From Salinispira sp. (GTDB lineage: Bacteria; Spirochaetota; Spirochaetia; DSM-27196; Salinispiraceae), in NCBI GenBank assembly GCA_965602015.1, contig OZ271918.1, forward strand, positions 1,312,001 to 1,376,000: 64,000 bases of DNA, given 5' to 3'. Position 1 is the stretch's first letter. Every line of letters starts with the position of its first letter. Shown here one piece after another: positions 19,367 to 29,298 of this stretch. The notes under the pieces are model-generated. The model was not told the DNA's origin. It did not search any database and saw only the letters and a program-made list of their open reading frames with translations. Both the position numbers and the translations under genes were made by a program.

Positions 19367-20146
19367 ATGACAGACAGAGATTACAAGGAGTTCCCCGCCG
19401 AACGTCGGGAAAAAGTGGTTGAGATCGTCAGCGCCGAGGGAAGCATACGGGTTGGAGACCTGGCCCGTAAACTCGATGTCTCGGAGATAACAATTCGGCG
19501 CGACCTCGACTACCTTCAGTCCCGGGGCAAGCTGGAGCGAACCCACGGGGGCGCGGTTTCAAACAGCCGATTGCGGGTCGAATCGGATTTTCGGCAAAAA
19601 CGCCAAACTCGGCAGCTCATCAAGCAGCGGCTCGCCAAGGCGGTGGCCGGATTGCTCGAGGGCCGCGACCATATTTTTGTCAACTCGGGAACCACCATGC
19701 TGGAGGTGCTCTGCGAAATCAGCGCCCTTGAGCTGCACATCTACACAAACAACGGCGCTCATGACCAGAGAATCAGCTATGGCTCGGCGGATCTGACGTA
19801 CCTGGGGGGCAATCTCCGTCAGCAAAGCCATGCGCTTGTGGGACCCCTCACCATGTTGAGCCTGTCGCACATATTCGCCGACAAGTGCATTCTGGGAGTC
19901 GACGGCTTTTCCCTGGCCGGCGGATTAACATCTCCCAATATGATGGAGGCCGAGGTCACCCGGACCATGATTGAACGTACCAGGGGAGAGGTAATTCTGG
20001 TGGCCGATCACAGCAAAATCGGCGTCATGTCCAGTTTTTTTATCGCAGAAGCCCAGCGCATAGACACCCTGGTAGTGGATGACGGCATTTCGCCGGAGTA
20101 TTTGCACGAGCTCCAGCAAAGCGACATCAAGGTTTTGGTGATTTGA
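19367..20146 (+). CDS. DeoR/GlpR family transcriptional regulator
   Basis: ERR..., VSEITIRRDL, RTHGGA, NSGTT, ADHSKIG; GGAG SD before ATG 19367. Confidence 0.93.
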   Translation: MTDRDYKEFPAERREKVVEIVSAEGSIRVGDLARKLDVSEITIRRDLDYLQSRGKLERTHGGAVSNSRLRVESDFRQKRQTRQLIKQRLAKAVAGLLEGRDHIFVNSGTTMLEVLCEISALELHIYTNNGAHDQRISYGSADLTYLGGNLRQQSHALVGPLTMLSLSHIFADKCILGVDGFSLAGGLTSPNMMEAEVTRTMIERTRGEVILVADHSKIGVMSSFFIAEAQRIDTLVVDDGISPEYLHELQQSDIKVLVI

Positions 20147-20208
20147 TCAGCGTGTTCACAATGGTTTTTGTCCTGCCATTTTCTCTGGTTTTCATTACCT
20201 TTTAGGTA

Positions 20209-20409
20209 ATGAAAGCGATGAGCTCCCAAACGAAAATATGCCCGGCCTGCGGCCGGCCTTTTAGCAACCGCAAGAAGTGGGAATCCCGGGGCCTGTGGGA
20301 TCAGATTACCTACTGCAGTACCCGCTGCCGCAACCGTCGAAGTAAACAATCTTCTCATAAAAGCGTACAGGGTCGAAGTATTCAAAAAAGGCGGAATTCC
20401 AATGCATAA
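20209..20409 (+). CDS. DUF2256 domain protein
   Basis: [16 protein letters not shown]...[11 protein letters not shown]. Confidence 0.85.
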   Translation: MKAMSSQTKICPACGRPFSNRKKWESRGLWDQITYCSTRCRNRRSKQSSHKSVQGRSIQKRRNSNA

Positions 20410-21040
20410 AACCCGGCAGGACATAGACAGCATGGACAAGGTGTATCGGCTCAATCTCATCAACTCTCTGTCCGGGGTAAAGCCCGCAAATCTCATCGGA
20501 ACCCGCTCCACGGAAGGGTATGAAAACCTGGCGATTATCAGTTCGGTGGTGCATATCGGCAGCAATCCACCGCTTCTTGGTTTTTTCGTGCGGCCCCATC
20601 AGCAGGTCAAACGTCATACCTTCGTAAACCTTCAGGAGAGCGGCGAGTACAGCATCAATCACCTTCCGCATCAGTTCAGCGAGCAGGGCCACTGGACGTC
20701 GGCAAAATTCACCGCAGAAGAGTCGGAGTTCGAGTACTGCGGCTTTTCTCCCGAGTACATCCAGGGATTCTCCGCTCCCTTCGTCAAGTCCGCCCGTGTC
20801 AAAATCGGGCTGCAATTCCGGCAGGCCATTCCCATCGAAATAAACGACACCACCTTGGTGATCGGGGAGATCTGTCACGTTGTGGTCGATGATGATCTTG
20901 TCGATGCCCAGGGCTGCATCAACCTGGAACGCAGCGATTCGGCGGGAATATCCGGTGTGAGCAGTTATTACCGGCTGGAGAAAGTTGCCGATCATCCCTA
21001 TGCCCGCAGGGACCGGCTTCCGGAGTCAATAAAAGCATGA
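20402..21040 (+). CDS. Flavin reductase family protein (DIM6/NTAB-like)
   Basis: [46 protein letters not shown]. Confidence 0.85.
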   Translation: MHKTRQDIDSMDKVYRLNLINSLSGVKPANLIGTRSTEGYENLAIISSVVHIGSNPPLLGFFVRPHQQVKRHTFVNLQESGEYSINHLPHQFSEQGHWTSAKFTAEESEFEYCGFSPEYIQGFSAPFVKSARVKIGLQFRQAIPIEINDTTLVIGEICHVVVDDDLVDAQGCINLERSDSAGISGVSSYYRLEKVADHPYARRDRLPESIKA

Positions 21041-22695
21041 GCGGGAACGATGGGGCAAAGCCCCTGGTGCTCTGGTGGGTCAAACGGGACATTCGCGTGA
21101 GGGATAATGCGGCGCTTCATGCCGCCCTTCGAAGCGCCGACCAGGCAGGTGCAGCGGTGGCGGCCCTCTATCTGCTGGATGACGCCATTCGCCTCCACCC
21201 GGAAACCAGCATGCATCACGGAAAGATGATTGATCAGGCCTTGGAAGATCTCGCGGTCAGTCTGTCTGCGCGTACTATTCCGCTGCTCTACGGGGCATGC
21301 GAGTTTTCCGAACTGCTTGAGTCCATCGCCGCCGCCGGATGGTCGGTGGTAAGCGTCCACTCCCATGAGGAAACCGGGACCTGGGAGAGCTACCAGCGGG
21401 ACCTAGGCTTGCATAAAAGCTTTGACGGGGCGGGCATTGTTTGGCGCGAGGAATGGCGAAACGGGGTGATTCGAACCCTGACCGACCGGGAAAACCGAAT
21501 CGGTATCTTCCGGCGGCGGATGGCGGAAGAGATTCTGCCGCCGCCTGATTCACTAGAAGGTCCCCCCCAGAGAAAGCTGCTGTCCGCCATTAACCATGAG
21601 CTGGCGGACATGCGGTACAAGCCGGGAGCCGTGGTTTTGGACCTGACGTCGGCGGCGGCAGACCCCTCCGCCGGCGATTATGCCCGGCAGCTCACCGAAG
21701 TACTCAAGCGGGAGGTGAGCCGGTTCTTTCCCGATGAGCGGGATGCAGAGTTGGTTAATCAGCTCGCCGTCCCGGATTATTCGCCCCCCATGGGGCCTCC
21801 GGATTTTCAGTCCTGCAGCGAAACCCAGGGCATCAATACCATGGAATCATTTCTTGCTGTACGGGGCGAAGGCTACAGCGGGGGAATGAGCTCAATGAAC
21901 AGCGCGCCTGAGCACTGCAGCCGGTATTCGGTCCATCTTGCCTGGGGAACCATGAGCATGCGTCAGGCCCTCGCATCGAGCGACCGGCGGCTCGCGGATT
22001 TACGGAAAAATCCCCAGCCGCCCTGGGGTAAGAGCCTGCGCTCCCAGCAGCGGCGGCTGCATTGGCATGATCATTTTTCCCAACGGCTTGAGGATGAACC
22101 GGAAACCGAGTTCTATCCCATCAATCGGGCCTATGCGAGGTTCAGCCTCCCCGATGATTGGCAGCACCGGTTCTGGTCCTGGGTTTTGGGTACAACCGGC
22201 TACCCCTATGTTGATGCCTGCATTCGGCGTTTCAGGCGAAGCGGGTACCTGAGCTTCCGCGCACGGGCCATGATTACCAGCTTCGCCATTCACGACCTCC
22301 GGCTACCCTGGCGGCTTATTTTGTATCCCATGGCGCAGATGATGGCCGATTATGTGCCGGGCATCCACATCAGCCAGCTGCAGATGCAGGCCGGGCTGAC
22401 GGGAATCAATACCCTGCGGGTGTACAATCCCACGAAGCAGTTGATCGATCACGATAAGGACTGCGTCTTTGTAAAACGCGAGGTCCCCGAATTGGCTCAG
22501 GCCGACCCTGGGCAGATCCACGCCCTTCCCGAGCTCATCGTGCTGGGATACCCAGAAGCAGCGGTAGACCACAAGCGCGAGAGCGCACAATACAAGGCCG
22601 AGTATTTCGCCATAAAGCGGAGCGACCAGGCGAAACGGGAAGCGGACCGGGTGCTTCAGCGCCACGGTTCACGGCTCAGGGGCAGGGCGTCATGA
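21037..22695 (+). CDS. Cryptochrome/deoxyribodipyrimidine photolyase family protein
   Basis: WVKRDIRVRDNAAL, SRYSVHLAWG, GTTGYPYVDACIR, DYVPGIH..QLQMQAG.TGINTLRVYNP.KQ..DHD. Confidence 0.9.
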   Translation: MSGNDGAKPLVLWWVKRDIRVRDNAALHAALRSADQAGAAVAALYLLDDAIRLHPETSMHHGKMIDQALEDLAVSLSARTIPLLYGACEFSELLESIAAAGWSVVSVHSHEETGTWESYQRDLGLHKSFDGAGIVWREEWRNGVIRTLTDRENRIGIFRRRMAEEILPPPDSLEGPPQRKLLSAINHELADMRYKPGAVVLDLTSAAADPSAGDYARQLTEVLKREVSRFFPDERDAELVNQLAVPDYSPPMGPPDFQSCSETQGINTMESFLAVRGEGYSGGMSSMNSAPEHCSRYSVHLAWGTMSMRQALASSDRRLADLRKNPQPPWGKSLRSQQRRLHWHDHFSQRLEDEPETEFYPINRAYARFSLPDDWQHRFWSWVLGTTGYPYVDACIRRFRRSGYLSFRARAMITSFAIHDLRLPWRLILYPMAQMMADYVPGIHISQLQMQAGLTGINTLRVYNPTKQLIDHDKDCVFVKREVPELAQADPGQIHALPELIVLGYPEAAVDHKRESAQYKAEYFAIKRSDQAKREADRVLQRHGSRLRGRAS

Positions 22696-24059
22696 GCACA
22701 GCGGCACGGCCGGCAGCAAGCATAGTGATTTGGCACCGGATGTCATTCGACTTGGAAGGCATACTTTCCTACCTCCCGGATGGAGCGCCAATCCGGGGCA
22801 TTATCAGCGCAGATTCAATTCACCGCGGCGGCCCCGATGAACGTTCTCCCCTTGGCATACCCCGGCTGTCGGATCACCGGCGGAAATTCTACCTTCAGGC
22901 AGTAACGGAACTGCATGATCAGTACGCCGCCCGGAAGATGGAGCTCATTTCCGTTGATAACACTCTACTGGAGTACATCAAAGGCCTTTCCCAGGAAGAA
23001 ATTCCGGAAACGGTTCTGGTATCTCCTCCCCGGGGAACCGAGGAGCGTGAAGATTTTGCCCAGCTTGAACGCGAATTTAAAACAATGGGCAACGGGCCGA
23101 AGCTGGGTTACCTCCCGGAAAACTGCCTCATTTCCGAGGATGAACTGCCCTTTGCCGTAGACGAAATGCCGCGGACATTCTCCGCATTCCGTCGAAAAAT
23201 TGAAAAACGGGATTACAGCTCCTACCGCTTCGCCTCTTATGAGGCAACGCGCAGGCTCGCGCCCGGCGGCGGACGAACCCGGCTGGAAGAGTATCTGTTT
23301 GCCAGTGACGGAATAGCCAGCTACAAGGAAACGAGAAACGGCCTGGGCTCCGGCGATTATTCGAGCCGGCTTTCGCCCTGGCTCTCCGTCGATGCCCTCA
23401 GGGCGAAGGAGGTCGGACGGCGGGTTCGGGACTACGAAGACACGAGGATCAAAAACGAATCCACCTACTGGCTCATTTTCGAGCTATTGTGGCGGGATTT
23501 TTTTATTCATTTGGCGAAGGCCGTGGGCCCCCGGATGTTTCATCCCCGGGGTTTCAAGAAGATCATGAGTCCCGGCCTCGCTCCTGATTGGAGGACTGAC
23601 CCCGATGTGTGGACCCGCTTTTGTTCCTGGGCCATGGGTAAAACCGGGCAGGATTTTATTGATGCGATAATGCGCGAACTCTACGCCACCGGCGAAACGA
23701 GCAACCGCGCCCGCCAAAATGCCGCCAGCTACCTCATTCACGACCTGGGATGCCCCTGGTGGTGGGGCGCCTGGTGGTTCGAGCACCTGCTCATTGACTA
23801 TGATCCCCCGTCGAACTGGGGCAACTGGGCCTACCTGGCGGGAGTAGGGGCCGACCCCAGGCCGAGCAGGAGATTCAATGTCTCCAAGCAGGCCGCCAGC
23901 TACGATCCGAAGGGATCCTACCGCAGCCAGGTGAGAAAGATGGGCTGGCAGGTTCCCGCAGATGCCCTTCCGGCGACGGCTCCGATGGAAGCCATGGCTC
24001 AGGTAGAGCACATGGCTAAAAAGCTGAGGGCAGTTGTCGAGACCTCTGATCCTGTCTGA
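22692..24059 (+). CDS. DASH-type cryptochrome
   Basis: YKETRNG..GDYSSRLSPWL, NESTYWLIFELLWRDFF, SNRARQNAASYL, DYDPPSNWGNWAYLAGVGADPR..RRFNV.KQA..YDP. Confidence 0.88.
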   Translation: MSTAARPAASIVIWHRMSFDLEGILSYLPDGAPIRGIISADSIHRGGPDERSPLGIPRLSDHRRKFYLQAVTELHDQYAARKMELISVDNTLLEYIKGLSQEEIPETVLVSPPRGTEEREDFAQLEREFKTMGNGPKLGYLPENCLISEDELPFAVDEMPRTFSAFRRKIEKRDYSSYRFASYEATRRLAPGGGRTRLEEYLFASDGIASYKETRNGLGSGDYSSRLSPWLSVDALRAKEVGRRVRDYEDTRIKNESTYWLIFELLWRDFFIHLAKAVGPRMFHPRGFKKIMSPGLAPDWRTDPDVWTRFCSWAMGKTGQDFIDAIMRELYATGETSNRARQNAASYLIHDLGCPWWWGAWWFEHLLIDYDPPSNWGNWAYLAGVGADPRPSRRFNVSKQAASYDPKGSYRSQVRKMGWQVPADALPATAPMEAMAQVEHMAKKLRAVVETSDPV

Positions 24060-27000
24060 TGTAGAGGCCTCGTTGTTCCCGGATCACTGCCTGATAAATA
24101 AAATCCTGGAACTCCTCGATTTTGTCCTTGGCAATGAGTTGATTCGGAATAAAAATTTCCCGGGTCAAAATGACTATTCCATCGTTTTCTTCATACTGGT
24201 ATCTGGCATAGCTATCATTGAACTCGGTGTAAAGATCATCCGGTATGCTTACCGGCGAATATCCCTGAGGCAGGTGAACAACCATAACCTGGGTATGGGG
24301 TGTTGCGAACGCGGGGACGTCTATTGTTAAATCATTTTCACCGGGCTCGATACCCAGCCACGGATTTACCGTATTGCTGATGGCGTCGGCAATGGGCAAA
24401 TTGATGCGATAAATGCCATTGCCCGCATCTTCGAGGCGATTCGCCAGGGCTCCTTCAAAATTTACCCGCGGATCATCTTGGAGTTCATCGATATTCTCCA
24501 TACTGAGAGTTGATAAATCAAATCCGGGCATCCAAGAATTTCCAAGTATTGAAAAACGCTCCCTCTGTTGATCCTCGTTCAGGCCGCTGTACAGAGACCG
24601 AATGATCCCGGCCTGGGCTCCCTGGTAGACGATGCTTGCCCTGACAGTAGGAGAGTTTGCCACATCATTGAGCTCCAGCATATAAAAGCTGTTCTGCTGA
24701 CGAAAATCCGCTTCGATTTTCGCAAACTCCCCGCCATCTGTGATGTGAAGTATATATGAGCCCACCATTCCTGCCGGCAGCTCATCCCAGGTGTAGTACC
24801 GCAAGGTAGGGTCGAGGTAGAGGAAACCATCATCCTCCGGGACCACAACGATGGCGTGAGTGAAACGGGGAGATGGCAAATACGAGTTCGAACCAGTGTA
24901 GGAAGGCGTGTTCAATGCGATGTACGAGCTAATTCCTGCTGACTTGAGCATGGCGATTAGTAGCACGCTTTGATCTTTGCAGTCCCCGTAACCCTCATCT
25001 AAAACACTCCCTGCAGTCTGAGGTACATAATTGCTGTAAAGAAATGAAAGATCTTCGTACTCAATGCCTCCGGATACGAAATCGTAAATCGCCTTGATTT
25101 TTTCGGATCTGTTATCCATTCCTCGCGTGATCTTCTCAGTGGCCTCCATAATTTGAGGGGTAACTATGGTCTGTCCATGATACAAGTCTTCGTACCATGA
25201 AATAATTTCCGACCAGTCGCTTATCGAGCTGATATCGATCCAGGCATACCTGTCTCTCCAATGAGGAGAGAGTACACCTGAGCTTAGAGCTTCCTGCCGA
25301 GAGACCGTAAATGTGACCGCTTCAAATCCTTCAATAAATGATTCGATTCGACGGGAGACGTCTTCCTCGGAGACATTGTTATACCGGTATGTCAGATCGT
25401 AGGCTTCAGGATAAATGAGCTGGAATTGACTCTGATAGATCGGATAACGTGACTGAAGCACTGCGGAGGTATACAGCTCATCATTGATCTCACCGGGAAC
25501 ATAGGAGTTTACAGCATAGCGGACTACGATAAAGTCGCCGACGCTGAGACCGGGAAAGGCTAAAGTGCGTCCTGAACGATTGGCGAATATCCTGCTTCCA
25601 TCCTGTTTGAGTATATACGCTTCTCTGAGCTCCCCGTTACCAAAAACCGGGTGGAACTCAAGATATTGATACCTGTTGTCCTCTACGCCTTCCGTGGTCA
25701 GTACCTGAAGTACATAATGTGCTCGCACGGAGGATGCGCCGTCCCCAAAGAATACTTCCTTCCGGTCATCATACACAACCAAGGCATCGGCGGACTCAGC
25801 ATTGAATCCGCTTTCCAGAAAATCATCAATGAGGAAGTAGGAGTCGATTGCGGTAAGTTGATCTGCGAATCGTGACTGCCTGTTAAGTTCTCTCAAATCA
25901 TCCCTTGCGGCAAAATCATAGGGAAAAAAGCTAACCAGTTTTGTCAATGCTGATTTATAGTTTCGTTCCTCTCGATCCATGTCGCGTTTGAAATCCTGGT
26001 GAGCCGAGGGATTTTGAAGGAAGGCTGAATAGTTCTCATCGTAAAAGGATTTCATATCCCGATAGAGCGAATGGGAAAGGTATCGTTCCATCGAAAGCAG
26101 ATTATGGGAGAGCGGGAATGTCAGCGATAGGTCAAAGGTGATATCGCGAATCTCCATGAAGGTAATTCCCGGGATATCGTATAGCAGCTCGAGGTAGCGC
26201 AGCCATTGAGCCTCGTCATGCGGATAATGAGTGAGGTAGGTGAGCAATGTTTCCGAAGCTCTGTTCGTATCATCGGTTCTCAACGATACCGCAATGTCCC
26301 AAAACAGCGCGGCAGAGAAGGTATCGTGGGAATACAAAGTTTCGACATAGCGTTCAATCTGGGAGATCGACAATTCGCTGTTGAAATTCAGCATTGTGAG
26401 GTATTGATCCGAGGTATTCGGGAACAAGCGATTCAGATCAGAGAAGCGTTCAAAAGCCTGTTCCACGTTGCCTTCGACCAGCTGATGCCGCATATCAGAT
26501 TCCAAATAAAAATACCATTCGGCATCATACGATCCGATCTCTTCAAGAAAAGTCCGGGTCTTCCCGATTCTTCCCTCAGCGATGAAATTTCTCAATGCGT
26601 AAATCTTCGCCGGGGCGAAAAACGTATTTGCCTCGGCAAGGTTCAGCATAATCCGTTCAAATTCTGAATAATCGCGTTCAGCACGGTGGTATTGGGCTTC
26701 GAGCCACCTCATTACCATGCTATCGGGCCCGATGCTTTTGAGACGCTCAAGGACCTGCTGAGCTTCTTCATTCAAACCCTTCTCCAGAAGAGTCAGGGTG
26801 AGGAGCATGTATCCCTCGGGGTTTTCCCCTTCCTGATCAATAATTTCACAGATGGAATGTATGAGCGGATTTACGAATGTTTCACCGGGAAACAGATCTG
26901 CGTATAAAGGCGATCCGCTACTCAAGGATTCGGTTGTCGGGAAGAATGCCGCGCTGAATGAAGACGGACCCTCAAGATTGCTCATTTTAACGATAAGCTC

Positions 27001-27932
27001 ACTAGGGCCTTGCTTGAGTTCACGCTCAACATAAAACAGGTTATCGCCCCTGCTGTAATCTCCATTTTCAAGGATTTTTTCCCCGTCGAGCCAAACCTCA
27101 ATTGCACCGTTTCTTCCGAATACCAGGGTGTGCTGACCGGCGTCCTCTACATTGATGATGGTCGAGGCGTATATGGAGCTGTAGTCGATTTCGCTGAATA
27201 AGTCAGATAGCCGGACATCGAGGCTCATACTCTGTAAAGCCGGAACGTACGGCGTGAGCGGCCAGTTGTTCATCCCCGGTTCGTAGTTCGAAAACATCTG
27301 CCCGGAATCCGAGGCGATTTCAACAAAGTCTTTTCTGAATCCCGAGCCGGAAATGTTTGAGTACGGTCCCAGGATTTCCCAATCACTAATTATATTGAGC
27401 TCTTCGTGAAGATCCAGATAGCGCTTTGAGTCTCCCCGTCGTTCGCGATAGTAGTCAAATAGAATGTGCTGATATTCCCGTTTGATCCACTCATCGATGC
27501 TCCTGTTTCTCACAGCTGATTCAAGAATTTCAATAAATTCTTCATATATTGCGGAGTCATATACGGCGATAGAGGCAACTAACCTTGTCAGTGCTACCGA
27601 AAATGGATGGCCCGGATCCTCGGCAATAGCCCGGTTGAGCATCGCAACGCTTCCGGTATCGGCGGACAGGGCAAAATCCGTTATCGCCTGGGCTCGATAT
27701 ATCGGATAAAGGAGATTTTCCAAATCAGAATACTTTGCACTTGCGGCCGCTCCAGAATTTTGTGCAACAGTGAAATCATTTTCCGATATTGAATCCCAAA
27801 TACCGGCCAAATCAGCAGCTGCACTCTCCGCCAGAATCCCCATGTCAGCGGGTTCTCTGTTAAGACTTGCACAGGCACTTAACGATAGAATTGCAGCTAT
27901 CGCTAATAGCGGAACATATTTTTACATTGCAT
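24016..27932 (-). pseudogene. Large lipoprotein with PA14-like/helical-repeat N-terminus, DUF3857 and transglutaminase-like domains; 5' end disrupted
   Basis: The ORF track calls 24016..27843, but the frame continues upstream as KYVPLLAIAAILSLSAC (lipobox) to a TAA at 27922-27924. An ATG at 27932 with AGGTGA 8 nt upstream joins this frame if one A is restored to the A5 run (MQCKKYVP...). Triad motifs GDCKD, FTHAIV, LDPT. Confidence 0.75.
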
Positions 27933-28106
27933 GTGGTAAATCACCTAAATTATGAAGATGCGCCATAGTATATGTTAATTGAGATTTTAACAAGAATATA
28001 ATTGCAGGATTTTTGTAAACATGTTAAAACGTACTCACGCCTGCAGAGTATGAGTCTCACTTCATGTCCTGTGAGCGATTGAAAAATATCATTTCACAAG
28101 GTACCC

Positions 28107-29279
28107 ATGAAAATATTACCAGTGCTATTCGTTTTCTTGTCCGGAGCTATATCCGGTCTTCCAGTCAATGCAGATACACTGCAGACTGGGCCGCTCCTGT
28201 TCATCGATTCACAGCATACCTGCGAGGTCTTATTGGACGGTGAAATGGTTGGTACTACGCCGCTTTTTATATCACGAATTTCAGCGGAGAACAATCGCCT
28301 TCAATTGATGGGACAGGACTCTTACGCCGAAATGAATATTGTTTTTGATAGCGGCATTAGAGAGGTTACCCGCATTTTTTCCATGATGGATGCCTACCCG
28401 GGTAGCGTAAGGCTACGGGGAGATATCCAGGATATCACCACATTTATCGATGGCACGGAGCAGCTGTTTGTTGAAAATGAGGCGGGCCTCAGCATAACTC
28501 TGGATTCTGGCGCTCACTTTATACGGATTGAGAAGCAGGGATTTCTCCCGCTCGAATATCACCTGGAAGTTCCCCGCCTTGATGAACTGCTGCTCGATAT
28601 AGCAATGCTCCCTGCGGTCGAGCTGTTCATAGGAAGCGACCTGCCGGAAGACACCACAATGCTGTTCCCGAACGATGAGCGCAGTTTGGAATACGGTTAT
28701 TCCGCTGGGGAAAGCATTCTCTTGACTCCCGGGGAGTGGACAGGAATCTTAAAGAGCGCTCACTTCAAAGATACGGAGGTATCGTTTACTCTCGGGCAGA
28801 CATCGACAGAAATTGATATTTCCCCTGACTACCACAGCCCGGAGGTTAATCTCATTGGTCTAACCGAGGACAGCACGATTTTCCTTGGTGAGCGCGAAGT
28901 AACATCTCAGATTGTAGACGCAATTCTTCCGCTGAGCGTCGGTGTTAATGAACTTCTTATACTCCGTGAGAATTACCTCCCACAAACATATGTTTTGCAC
29001 GTCGATGGCGATGTTCGTCTACAAACCGAACTCGTCTATAGTATCGATCCAGTATATACCGTGGAAAGGAGGAGGAAACTCAACCGAGGCCTCCTGTTTT
29101 CTGGGCTCACGTTATTGGGTGGTGGTTTGATTTTGAATAGCGACACCCTGCTTTTGGGTATGACCCGGGAATATCAGACCTATCGAACCATGAAATATGT
29201 CTTTTTAGGAGTAGGCGGTACTGGTCTGCTCCTCAGCCTGACCGGTGCCGGTTTGGGTATTGTATCCGCACTACAGTGA
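28107..29279 (+). CDS. PEGA domain-containing secreted/membrane protein
   Basis: Signal peptide, EVLLDGEMVGTTPL, G.HFIRIEKQGF, C-terminal hydrophobic helices. Confidence 0.75.
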   Translation: MKILPVLFVFLSGAISGLPVNADTLQTGPLLFIDSQHTCEVLLDGEMVGTTPLFISRISAENNRLQLMGQDSYAEMNIVFDSGIREVTRIFSMMDAYPGSVRLRGDIQDITTFIDGTEQLFVENEAGLSITLDSGAHFIRIEKQGFLPLEYHLEVPRLDELLLDIAMLPAVELFIGSDLPEDTTMLFPNDERSLEYGYSAGESILLTPGEWTGILKSAHFKDTEVSFTLGQTSTEIDISPDYHSPEVNLIGLTEDSTIFLGEREVTSQIVDAILPLSVGVNELLILRENYLPQTYVLHVDGDVRLQTELVYSIDPVYTVERRRKLNRGLLFSGLTLLGGGLILNSDTLLLGMTREYQTYRTMKYVFLGVGGTGLLLSLTGAGLGIVSALQ

Positions 29280-29298
29280 TCGGGAGCTTTGGAAATTA

